Below, in pieces: positions 24,933-33,523 of a stretch of 64,000 nucleotides of DNA (position 1 is the first letter of the stretch; each line of letters opens with the position of its first letter). Made by a program: the position numbers and the translations under genes. The stretch covers positions 22,229 to 86,228 of the forward strand of contig JABIGM010000041.1 in the NCBI GenBank assembly GCA_018650165.1, read 5' to 3'. The notes beneath the pieces are model-generated. The model ran no database searches, was not told the DNA's origin, and worked only from the letters and a program-made list of their open reading frames with translations. The stretch comes from Methanobacteriota archaeon. Its GTDB lineage: Archaea > Thermoplasmatota > Poseidoniia > Poseidoniales > Poseidoniaceae.

Positions 24933-25876
24933 TGCAACCGGAAAGAAGAGCTAGGCGACAACCTGCATGGCATATGCTGGCATCTGAATTTGGAGAATCT
25001 ACCCTGCATCAACAGGGTTCGGGTGAATTTGATCCATTATTTGTAATTACTAAACTCGGAGCGAAAGTTAACCGCTTGGTAGTTGCTGGGCTTCTTGAGC
25101 GTATTGAACCACGTGAAACTTCGAATGGGGCAACCTTGTGGCAAGGACAGATAAGAGATCCATCTGGACTTCATTACTTCTCAGTTGGCGACTTCGCACC
25201 TGAGTCGATGCGAGAACTCATTGTACAATTGGCGGCTAGAGCTGATGATGGCGAAACAATAATGCTCTTGATGACAGCTAAGGCTCGTTATTTCCAATCT
25301 GAAGAAGGGGCCGTTTATACTAGCCTTAGACCGGAGGAAGCAGCGGTAATTACCCGCTCGACATACAGGGAATGGTTAGTAAAATCTGCTGAAGGGATGC
25401 TAACCCGCATGGATGCGCATGAAAAATCACTTACACTTGACAAAACAGTTGATGCATTACGTGCTGGCGGTATTGATGAAGAGTTGTGCAACAACCTATT
25501 GCTGGCAAATGAGCACTATGGCGAAATCGATATTGAGAATTATCGACTCAATATCATGCAAACGCTTGACATCGCTGAAGATCGAATGCCATCGGCTACT
25601 CCAAAAACACCTTCTCCACAGACCAGCCTTACCGATTCGAGTGATGAATCTAAAGAAAATCAAAGCACAGGTGGTGAATCTGGAGACCTTAAGCAAGTAA
25701 TTCTTGATTTAATCGTACGTTTGGACCAGGGAGAAGGAGTTGATTTCGACACTTTACTATCCAATGCGGCTGCAAGGGGTCACGATCGAGACGCTGCAGA
25801 AGCAAGTTTAGATGAATTATCCGAAGAAGGTAAAGTACATGAGCCGAGATTTGGATGGTTTAAGGTAACTGTTTGA
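24932..25876 (+). CDS. RPA-associated OB-fold protein (RPAP/COG3390-like, RPA32-like)
   Basis: PAWHMLASEFGES...FVITKLGAKVNRLVVAGLLERIE...IRDPSGLHYFSVGDFAPES resembles the recalled COG3390 pattern. The C-terminus is winged-helix-like. The ATG shares one nucleotide with the rpa stop (TGATG). Confidence 0.6.
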   Translation: MQPERRARRQPAWHMLASEFGESTLHQQGSGEFDPLFVITKLGAKVNRLVVAGLLERIEPRETSNGATLWQGQIRDPSGLHYFSVGDFAPESMRELIVQLAARADDGETIMLLMTAKARYFQSEEGAVYTSLRPEEAAVITRSTYREWLVKSAEGMLTRMDAHEKSLTLDKTVDALRAGGIDEELCNNLLLANEHYGEIDIENYRLNIMQTLDIAEDRMPSATPKTPSPQTSLTDSSDESKENQSTGGESGDLKQVILDLIVRLDQGEGVDFDTLLSNAAARGHDRDAAEASLDELSEEGKVHEPRFGWFKVTV

Positions 25877-26292
25877 GGCATTTTACTCCAACAGGTTCAA
25901 GGCCCATTCGCGACCTCATCAGTTTACAGGTGAGGCTAGTGGTAGGAACTGATTTCTTTATTCGTCCAGCAAGTGGAACTTCAAGCGCCGATTGGCTTAG
26001 GCTGCCAAACGCAGATATTAGCGTTGTAATTACGCGTAGAATTACCCGTACTGTTCTCCATGGAGGAGAAGGTGATGATTTGGTAGATGAAGGCGCCGAA
26101 TCGGCAGTATACACTGTTCGTGGAGAGATGGATGCTGAGGATTATAAGAAAATAATCAACATGTTCAGAAGCGGACAGCCCTACATCCATGACCCATTTG
26201 AAGAAAGAGACGTAAAAACTGTTTTCGGGAAAATGGAATTTGATGGAGCGGAAGGTCAATACACATTTGAATTCATAGAAGATATTCGTTGA
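25873..26292 (+). CDS. Hypothetical protein (139 aa), no recognised domain
   Basis: The ORF starts at TTG 25873, overlapping the upstream stop by 4 nt; an alternative GTG lies at 25930. It is the only long ORF in this interval and is followed 9 nt later by the pilus platform gene. Confidence 0.45.
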   Translation: MRHFTPTGSRPIRDLISLQVRLVVGTDFFIRPASGTSSADWLRLPNADISVVITRRITRTVLHGGEGDDLVDEGAESAVYTVRGEMDAEDYKKIINMFRSGQPYIHDPFEERDVKTVFGKMEFDGAEGQYTFEFIEDIR

Positions 26293-26301
26293 GGGAGTTA
26301 G

Positions 26302-26874
26302 ATGCGTTCGTTGGATGAGTCGAAAGAGATTCTCTATGTCATTAGGACATTAGATGTTCTGATGGGCTCTGGAGTTGGTCTTGAAGCTGCAATTCACTCT
26401 ATTGCGCAAGGTGGCTATGGAGTCATTTCGAAAGATTTCAGTGATTTGATGGTAAACATCAACAAAGGAAGGCAAATGGAAAAAGAACTCAGGAGCCTTC
26501 TAAAGAAAGCCGAAACAGATGGTTACAAAAGAGTGATCAATACAATGTTGAACAATGTAACTCAGAATACAGACATCATCGAGACCCTTCGCAAACAGGG
26601 CGAAAGGATGGAAGAAACAAGGACCGAGAGTGTCAAGGAGTACATCGAAGAGTTAGGGGGCGTTCCTGAAACTTTACTATCTATCGGGATGATTGGTCCA
26701 ATCATTTTAGCAATTCTTGGAATCGCACCGCAACTTATGGAAGGCGCTGAAGAATTATTCGGAGAAATGGATCAAAGCGCAATAATGAGGATTGTGAATG
26801 TGGGATTAATTCTAACTTTAGTTGGTATGGCACTCATTGGTCTGAAAGCTCATACAAAGGACCCGGGGTTGTGA
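26302..26874 (+). CDS. Type IV pilus/archaellum-type platform protein, single T2SSF domain (TadB/TadC/FlaJ-half-like)
   Basis: The cytoplasmic helical T2SSF-like domain (LDVLMGSGVGLEAAIHSIAQ...) is followed by C-terminal TM helices. SD GAGGGAG precedes the ATG. Confidence 0.65.
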   Translation: MRSLDESKEILYVIRTLDVLMGSGVGLEAAIHSIAQGGYGVISKDFSDLMVNINKGRQMEKELRSLLKKAETDGYKRVINTMLNNVTQNTDIIETLRKQGERMEETRTESVKEYIEELGGVPETLLSIGMIGPIILAILGIAPQLMEGAEELFGEMDQSAIMRIVNVGLILTLVGMALIGLKAHTKDPGL

Positions 26875-26878
26875 TATT

Positions 26879-27610
26879 ATGCTATATGGGATTCTCGAAA
26901 TGTTTAGGAATGAGCCATTTCTATTATTCCTAATTACGATTAGTATAGCATGCGCAGTGGGGGGAATACCTCCTATTCTTGAACGACAAAGGCGCCGAAG
27001 TATTGAGAATGACTTACCTGCAATGCTAGAAGCACTTTCAGATTCTCTAGGTGCGGGACTAGGTCTACAACAAGCAATGATGGCAGAAGCAGAGCGTAAC
27101 TCAGGCACTCTTGGAAAACTGCTTCGTGAGACTTTACTTGAAAGCCATGCTTCTACCTTTGATTCAGCCCTGGCAAGTTTCGCTTCAAAATCACGTTCAC
27201 CACAAGTTCAGAGAGTAATGCATCTCGTTTCAACCGCTATAGAACAAGATGCTCCGCTACAAGAAATACTGGCAAATATGTCTCGAGATTATGAGAGATT
27301 AAACGATTTAATGAATCGAAGGGAGTCCGATTTGATGGGTCGAGCGATTTTGATTATCATGTTTGTATCAATCGGTCTACCGTTCTTGATTGCATTTATC
27401 GTTGGACTCTTTGCACCACGAAGTCAAGGTTTCCAATTGGAAGAATTTAATTCATCATTCACTCTATTCTTTGGCGCTGCTTCATTAGTGGCTATTGGAG
27501 TGAGTGGACGCATGTTGGGTAGATTGCGTTCTTATTTTTGGTGGGCTCCACTGTGGATGGCTGTCTCAATGAGCATCTATCATGTCGGAGTTCTTGTAAT
27601 TGGAGGCTAA
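26879..27610 (+). CDS. Type IV pilus/archaellum-type platform protein, single T2SSF domain (TadB/TadC/FlaJ-half-like)
   Basis: N-terminal TM, T2SSF-like LPAMLEALSDSLGAGLGLQQAM, and C-terminal TM helices. It starts 4 nt after the preceding stop. Confidence 0.7.
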   Translation: MLYGILEMFRNEPFLLFLITISIACAVGGIPPILERQRRRSIENDLPAMLEALSDSLGAGLGLQQAMMAEAERNSGTLGKLLRETLLESHASTFDSALASFASKSRSPQVQRVMHLVSTAIEQDAPLQEILANMSRDYERLNDLMNRRESDLMGRAILIIMFVSIGLPFLIAFIVGLFAPRSQGFQLEEFNSSFTLFFGAASLVAIGVSGRMLGRLRSYFWWAPLWMAVSMSIYHVGVLVIGG

Positions 27611-27614
27611 AAAA

Positions 27615-28850
27615 ATGGAACAAATATTGGAACAGTACGGGCGAGTAACAATTTACATGGAAGCAAGTCATCCAGCACCGATGTACTATGTGGATGGAGA
27701 GATTGAAGCAAATCCCTACGGCAACCTTGCAGTATTACTAGAAGATGATAATTTGGAAGAGGTCATGTACAATGGTGGAGCTCAGTGTGTCAAAGTTGCT
27801 CATAGAGACCACGGTATGTGCCGCACCAATATTTGGCTAGATGATGCAAACGGTCTCGAAGTTTCGAGGAATATTGCATCGTTTACTTCAGTTCCCTTAG
27901 GAGACGGCCCTGGTCTTGTCCCTCTTTTCGACGGTCGTCTACCAGATGGTAGCCGTGTAAATGGAACAATACCTCCAGTTTCTCCAGATGGTCCAACTTT
28001 GACTATTCGTAAATTCAGAGAGGATCCACTTACTATGATAGATTTGATTAAGTTCGGAACCGTAAATCTGCGCTTGGCTGCTATGATGTGGGTTTGGATT
28101 GAGGGAATTGATAGTCGACCAGCAAATTTCGTTATTGCAGGTGGTACCGGGTCTGGTAAAACCACTACACTAAACTGTCTTGGAATGTATATTCCCTGGC
28201 ACAAGCGCTTATTGACGGTAGAGGATACTGCGGAATTGCAAGTTTATCATGATCACTGGCTAAGAATGGAAACACGCCGTGAAAGGCCTGATGGAACTCC
28301 TGCTGTTGATATGAATGACTGCCTGAAATCAAGTTTAAGGATGCGCCCTGACCGTATTATTGTAGGAGAAGTTCGTTCCAGTGAAGCAGCAACCCTGCTT
28401 ACAGCAATGAATACGGGACACGATGGTTCATTCGGTTCACTCCACGCAAATACTGCTATGGAGACCATTACTAGGATGATTAACCCGCCAATGAATGTAC
28501 CTCCAATCATGCTTACAGGTCTTGATCTGATTATTATTCAAGCCCGTCTTCATGTCAATGGAAAAACTGCAAGAAAGATTACTGAAGTAGCTGAAGTGGC
28601 AGGTATGGAAGGGGATAAACCGCGTCTCAATGCAATCTGGAAATACAATGCAGCAACAGATACTATTGAGGAAACAGGAATTCCATCTAAGATGAGAGAG
28701 ACTATTTGCAAGGCTGCAGGAATCACTCCTGCTCAATTCGAGCAACATGTCAAGCAACGCGAGCAAATACTTGCAGACTTACTTCGAAGAGACATTAGAG
28801 ACATCGAAACCGTAACTAAGGTTATCCAAAGTTTCTATGCAACACGTTAA
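27615..28850 (+). CDS. Type II/IV secretion-family ATPase (FlaI/TadA/VirB11-like)
   Basis: Walker A GGTGSGKTTTLN, LLTVEDTAEL, IIVGEVRSSEA and the His box GHDGSFGSLHAN. SD GGAGG precedes ATG 27615. Confidence 0.9.
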   Translation: MEQILEQYGRVTIYMEASHPAPMYYVDGEIEANPYGNLAVLLEDDNLEEVMYNGGAQCVKVAHRDHGMCRTNIWLDDANGLEVSRNIASFTSVPLGDGPGLVPLFDGRLPDGSRVNGTIPPVSPDGPTLTIRKFREDPLTMIDLIKFGTVNLRLAAMMWVWIEGIDSRPANFVIAGGTGSGKTTTLNCLGMYIPWHKRLLTVEDTAELQVYHDHWLRMETRRERPDGTPAVDMNDCLKSSLRMRPDRIIVGEVRSSEAATLLTAMNTGHDGSFGSLHANTAMETITRMINPPMNVPPIMLTGLDLIIIQARLHVNGKTARKITEVAEVAGMEGDKPRLNAIWKYNAATDTIEETGIPSKMRETICKAAGITPAQFEQHVKQREQILADLLRRDIRDIETVTKVIQSFYATR

Positions 28851-30535
28851 CTGTCAGAAATATTCAGACGAGCGAGTAGTTCATCTACTCCGTCGATTTT
28901 ATTTCTCATAGATGCAATTCTGTCAGATGCATCGGCCACTGATTCGGCGAGTTGAATGTCTTCATCAATATCTTGTGGTTCACCCTTTGGCTTGAATTGT
29001 TGTGCAAGCCTCTTCAGATCTGCTATAATCGAATCGACTTCAGTATCTGAAACTTTTATTCCAGGGGCGATTCTCGGAATTTCAGAAGGTGAAATGTGTC
29101 CTAGTTCCGCTCCAATTATACCAGCTGCAGCCACAACTCTTGGTCGTAGTTCAGCATTATTTACATCGTAACCCTTCTTTTCAAGGAATCTGATTACCAA
29201 TGTTTGTTGAGCGTCATTGTATGATCCTTCAGATTTTTCAAGAATGGCTTCAACCAATTGCTCAAATCCTTCGATATTTCGTTCTAGTCGGTCCAAGGTT
29301 CTTCTTTCACTAGATTGTAGGTGTATCGCACCATGCTGTAGTAGTCGGACAACTCTTGTTCTTCGAGCAGTACGAGGATCTGTTGCCGCAATTTCTTCAT
29401 CAAGTGAAATTTGTAAATCAAATAATGCATGCAATCTTCCTGAAACAGAAGGCAAGCGCAAGTCAAGGTTCAATTCTCTAGCCTTTTCTTCAAATGCCAT
29501 ACGTGCTTTAATCATATCACCGCTGGTAGAAGTAATCATCTCAGGTAATATTTCCCTTAATGTGCCACGAGCCTCTTCGAAACGGCGTAGTGCTTCTCTC
29601 TCGCGCCATGAATTAGGCAGGGTATGCATTGCATCCTTTTCCGCCTTCGCAATCGAATCCAAAGAGTACAGCCTGGCTTTTACAAAATCAGCGGCATTTT
29701 CGTCATTTACTGGCAGTCCATGTTCGGATAGGCTAGAAATAAATGCGTTGACGTCATCAGTATCATTTATTGAACCTACCAAGAGATAATCTCGGCATAG
29801 TGCGTCTATTTCAGCAATCCGTCCTTCGATTACAATTACGGATTCTGTTAGTTCAACTACAGGAGATTCTGGAACTATTTCTGGCATTGGTGAAGGCGAA
29901 ATCTCAATAATTTGCACTTCCTCATTTTCGTGAGTGTCTTCAACGACCTCTACCTCTGTAACATGTGCGCTCTCTTCAATTGCAACAACTACTTGGGGCT
30001 GAATCTTAGTTTCATTGGCAGATTCATATTCATCCGAGGGTGAAGGAATTTGGATTGCTTTTGGCTCTCCACGTGGGCGACGCAGACTCTTTTTTATTAC
30101 TCCCCATGAACCATTTTGGGAGGTTAGAACTCCTGCAACCCTCATCAGTAGAGCCTGTTTTGCTCCAGAGCGGGGTAAATCTAGTTTCAAACAAAGGTTA
30201 TGCAAATCATCTCTGGACAATGTATCCAGTTTTTCGGGAGTTAGTTGTTTGGCATCATGATTCAAGTGTAAGAAAAGTCGCTGTCTTCTTTCTCTAATCG
30301 AACCCGATTTCTTTACTCCAAAAACCGCAAGTACGCCACCCAAATCATTATTCAGAATAGATTCTATTCCTTCAGGAGATAAATCCCATTCATCTAATAC
30401 AAGGTCTGCAATAAGTCTAGCGCGCAAAACCTCGACAGAACCATTGCGTGAAAGTCCATGCTCTGCACAGATCTCTTTCAAGCGATCTAATCTGGCTTGA
30501 TGTAGATCAGAAAGAAGGGTTTGCTTATCGTTCAT
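28847..30535 (-). CDS. Hypothetical protein with two N-terminal SAP/HeH DNA-binding motifs, an acidic linker and a helical C-terminal domain
   Basis: LDRLKEICAEHGLSRNGSVEVLRARLIA and LSRDDLHNLCLKLDLPRSGAKQALLMRVAG fit the SAP helix-extended-helix pattern. An acidic VEVVEDTHENEE linker follows. Confidence 0.6.
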   Translation of the reverse strand: MNDKQTLLSDLHQARLDRLKEICAEHGLSRNGSVEVLRARLIADLVLDEWDLSPEGIESILNNDLGGVLAVFGVKKSGSIRERRQRLFLHLNHDAKQLTPEKLDTLSRDDLHNLCLKLDLPRSGAKQALLMRVAGVLTSQNGSWGVIKKSLRRPRGEPKAIQIPSPSDEYESANETKIQPQVVVAIEESAHVTEVEVVEDTHENEEVQIIEISPSPMPEIVPESPVVELTESVIVIEGRIAEIDALCRDYLLVGSINDTDDVNAFISSLSEHGLPVNDENAADFVKARLYSLDSIAKAEKDAMHTLPNSWREREALRRFEEARGTLREILPEMITSTSGDMIKARMAFEEKARELNLDLRLPSVSGRLHALFDLQISLDEEIAATDPRTARRTRVVRLLQHGAIHLQSSERRTLDRLERNIEGFEQLVEAILEKSEGSYNDAQQTLVIRFLEKKGYDVNNAELRPRVVAAAGIIGAELGHISPSEIPRIAPGIKVSDTEVDSIIADLKRLAQQFKPKGEPQDIDEDIQLAESVADASDRIASMRNKIDGVDELLARLNISDS

Positions 30536-30722
30536 TTGTATACCTACAGTCTCCCTCCATCCCTCTCCATATTTGAGGTTGCACCCCTATGGATACCTCG
30601 AGAAGGGCATTCTTTGAGGTTATTTTTCTTCTCAAGGCCCCTACGGGGCCAAGAAAAACTTACTACAACTGTCGGCAACATCTTCAAACCATTGCCACAC
30701 CAACAGTAAATGAGGACGGACT

Positions 30723-31355
30723 ATGGGGCGATATGAACGGGCTGCTAAAATATCGCTAAAGGAGGCAACTGCTCTTGCTTCTGGAGTTATTGACACAATA
30801 AGGTATGACCTACGAAGAGAAGAAGTACGTCTCGAGGAAGAGATGAGCGACAGAGTGGAGGCAGTCCAACAAATTTTGAATGAAGTCGCAAGTATTCAAG
30901 ATGCTATTATTGCAGGATCATCGGAAGTGAAAAGAGAATTGGAAAAAGCCAAGAAAAGACTGGTTAAAGGCGGCGATCGTGAACTAATGTCTACCCAAAT
31001 CATTGGCGCAGCCACTCGTTTAGGCGAACTCCGTGCACTTCATAATGATGCGGCAAGACGCATTCAAGGTGCTCTTGCTAGACCTCCATCTGCAGTTGAT
31101 ATTATTGAGAGACTAACAAAAGATTTACTCAAATTATCAGGTTCTTGGGAATCATCTGCAAGAGAAATAGATGAATCTATTTCGGATGTAGTAGATGCCA
31201 ATGCACCACTCGAGATGATTGAATTATCTCGGGAGCTAAACGACAACGGATATGATTTAATCTTGGCAGGCGAAAATAGAGATCCTGAAAATATTGAAAA
31301 ATGCCGAACTAGAATCAAAGAAATGTCCGGTGAAGATCACCCAGGACTCTCTTAA
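30723..31355 (+). CDS. Hypothetical alpha-helical/coiled-coil protein
   Basis: A 210-aa ORF rich in charged heptad-like segments, with an SD-like GAGGA upstream. No motif recognised. Confidence 0.5.
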   Translation: MGRYERAAKISLKEATALASGVIDTIRYDLRREEVRLEEEMSDRVEAVQQILNEVASIQDAIIAGSSEVKRELEKAKKRLVKGGDRELMSTQIIGAATRLGELRALHNDAARRIQGALARPPSAVDIIERLTKDLLKLSGSWESSAREIDESISDVVDANAPLEMIELSRELNDNGYDLILAGENRDPENIEKCRTRIKEMSGEDHPGLS

Positions 31356-32479
31356 TCATCTTCTTTAATCAGAGGCGAGTATATTCTATCTTCAGAAAGA
31401 CGTCCTTTGGAAACCAGTTCATCAATGTAAATATCCATCAATTCTTTCATCCTTCCACGCGTTTCTTCCTCAGGGGTACCACGCATAATATCCAATATAC
31501 TATTCCAATTATTGAGCACAGTTAGAGTTGCTGAATGGCTTTCAGCAGGCGGGAATACCTTCTCTACTCCCGCAGTAACAGTTCCATCTTTGTTAACGGT
31601 TTCAAGGGCGATGTCAATTCGTGTTTTACTACTCTTAATCTCATCTTTGTCCGTAACCATGCCACGATTGGCTAAATCATCTCCAGTTCTATGTGCTTCA
31701 CGAAGAATGGTCCCAACCTTTCTTTGTTCAACCATCAATGCGACTTTATGGTGCATGTCCTCGTCGATATTATCCAGAATCATCATTTCAAGACGTAGAG
31801 AGAATGCAGCACCGACATCTGTGATTTCAGCTAAACCACCCACTGGGAAATCTTGTCTAGAGATTAATACTGTGAATCCGTCGAGCGGAACTGGGATAAA
31901 ACGAGACCTCTCAGGATTTTCCCGTTGCATTCCTAAGGTGTGCCTCCTCGTTCTGAATGGTAATGAGGCATGTAGTGCACGAGGAATTATGTATCCATCT
32001 ATTGATGAATTCTGCCTTAGCTCTTCAAGCCAAAGAGTTCTTTCAAACACACCTTCAGGCGCATCCCCAAATTCATTGGGTAGGGACACTTGTATGTCTT
32101 TGCGTAGTCTAATCATTTGCCGACGAACAATCTCACAATCTGCGATTATGATTCCACCCTTTGGAATATATTCAGGTTTATCTTCACTCACAAGTACCCG
32201 TGTCGGTTCACGACGCGGTAGAACAACCGATGCAACAAGGTCACTACTTCGGTTTTCAAACCACCATCTTCCAGATGCTGCAACCATATCTCCATGCCCT
32301 TCACGAAGTAGCTGAATTGCAGTTTCTAGATGCGGAACTTGCTTTTCAACCAAAACTAAACCATCTGGATGATTGTCAATCAATTTTTGGACATGTGTGT
32401 GAACACCGTCCCCTAATTCGGGGCATAAAAGGATCTCAAATCGGCCCTCTTCAGTAATTGCATTCACCTCGGCTAGCAC
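31352..32479 (-). CDS. Hydroxymethylbilane synthase (HemC)-like protein, apparently non-catalytic, with a C-terminal extension
   Basis: Colinear blocks against recalled E. coli HemC: DMVAASGRWWFENRSSDLVASVVLPRREPTRVLVS vs [41 protein letters not shown] vs SSLRRQ, and FIPVPLDGFTVLISRQD vs SLPAVGQGAVGIECRLDD. Confidence 0.4.
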   Translation of the reverse strand: MLAEVNAITEEGRFEILLCPELGDGVHTHVQKLIDNHPDGLVLVEKQVPHLETAIQLLREGHGDMVAASGRWWFENRSSDLVASVVLPRREPTRVLVSEDKPEYIPKGGIIIADCEIVRRQMIRLRKDIQVSLPNEFGDAPEGVFERTLWLEELRQNSSIDGYIIPRALHASLPFRTRRHTLGMQRENPERSRFIPVPLDGFTVLISRQDFPVGGLAEITDVGAAFSLRLEMMILDNIDEDMHHKVALMVEQRKVGTILREAHRTGDDLANRGMVTDKDEIKSSKTRIDIALETVNKDGTVTAGVEKVFPPAESHSATLTVLNNWNSILDIMRGTPEEETRGRMKELMDIYIDELVSKGRLSEDRIYSPLIKEDD

Positions 32480-32539
32480 TTGCCAGCGCTCAAAGGGCGC
32501 CCGCCACTCGTTAAGAAGGCGACCCCTGTGGGATGATTC

Positions 32540-33514
32540 ATGGAGGACAATGCGATACTTGACCGTCTTGAAGAGATTCGAGACTTTGTCAATGCCAATT
32601 TAGAAACTCTAATCGAGGAGAAGATTGCTTTTTATGGCGAAGTTGCTAATGTTGCTGGACAGGTTGTTTTGGCAGGCGGTAAGCGTATTCGTCCAATTTT
32701 AATTATTCTCGCCTATGAATTGGCAGGAGGGGAAAATATTGATGAAATCATACCATTAGCACTATCTTCAGAACTAATTCATTCAGCAAGTTTGGTTCAT
32801 GATGATATTAATGATGAATCATTGACCCGCAGAGGAAAGGAGACCATTCATGCCACAATGGGCCAGGCAAAGGCGATAATCGCAGGAGATTGGTTATTCA
32901 CCCAAGGTTTCGGTCTTGGTGGCAGGTATGCAGAAGATGTGGTTGATGTTATGGCACACTATTGTTCACAATTAGCGAGTGCAGAATTTACTCAAATAGA
33001 CCACGTACTAGACCTATCTACTTCTCCTGAAGATTATCTTGAAATTGTAAAAGGAAAAACGGCAGGTCCATTTGCAGCTGGCTGCAAAGGGTCTGCTTTA
33101 ATTGCTAAAGCTACAGAACATCAATGTGCTCAATTATTGGAATTTGGTACGGAACTCGGAATCGCTTTCCAATTGGTTGATGACTTACTGGATATTCTTG
33201 GTGATGACAGAATGGGTAAAACCCGTGGTGCTGATATCTTCGAAGGAAAAATGACATTGCCTCTAATCCACGCATTAACTCTTCTTCATGGCCAAGAGCG
33301 AATTAGATTAGCAGAAATTATTACCAATTTCGACGACTCATTATTTGATGAATTAATCTCCTTGCTTCGAAGTGCTGAAAGTTTGATTTATTCTGAAATC
33401 TTAATTAAAAACCATTTGGAACGTGCCTTAGGTTATTTAGATGGTTTTGCAGAATGCGACGCAAAGCAATTGCTTAAACATGTAGTTACAATGGTTCATA
33501 ATCGTCACTCGTGA
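32540..33514 (+). CDS. idsA: Geranylgeranyl diphosphate synthase (polyprenyl synthetase family)
   Basis: First Asp-rich motif LVHDDINDE and second QLVDDLLD. GKRIRP near the N-terminus. Confidence 0.9.
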   Translation: MEDNAILDRLEEIRDFVNANLETLIEEKIAFYGEVANVAGQVVLAGGKRIRPILIILAYELAGGENIDEIIPLALSSELIHSASLVHDDINDESLTRRGKETIHATMGQAKAIIAGDWLFTQGFGLGGRYAEDVVDVMAHYCSQLASAEFTQIDHVLDLSTSPEDYLEIVKGKTAGPFAAGCKGSALIAKATEHQCAQLLEFGTELGIAFQLVDDLLDILGDDRMGKTRGADIFEGKMTLPLIHALTLLHGQERIRLAEIITNFDDSLFDELISLLRSAESLIYSEILIKNHLERALGYLDGFAECDAKQLLKHVVTMVHNRHS

Positions 33515-33523
33515 GGTGTTCAC

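Noticed and set aside
26302-27610. flaJ pseudogene split by a frameshift
   Set aside because: Each half has its own ATG with an SD or close coupling, its own membrane segments and one complete T2SSF-like domain. There is no residual homology running across the junction in another frame. The split is consistent with a genuine TadB/TadC-like pair.
25873-28850. Archaellum (fla) operon
   Set aside because: Only the ATPase and platform components are present. No archaellin, FlaF/G/H/C-E equivalents or KaiC-like FlaH were found, so I called it a generic type IV filament (Tad/Epd-like) locus.
30536-30722. C/D-box or other small RNA in the 187-nt divergent spacer
   Set aside because: No RUGAUGA/CUGA box pairs or tRNA-like structure were found. 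The features present (polypyrimidine tract, one 6-bp hairpin) are adequately explained as divergent promoter or 5'-UTR sequence.
31512-32315. A 267-aa plus-strand ORF antisense to the HemC-like gene
   Set aside because: It has the Ser/Arg/Cys-rich low-information composition typical of a shadow frame. The minus-strand ORF is longer and carries the colinear HemC-like blocks.
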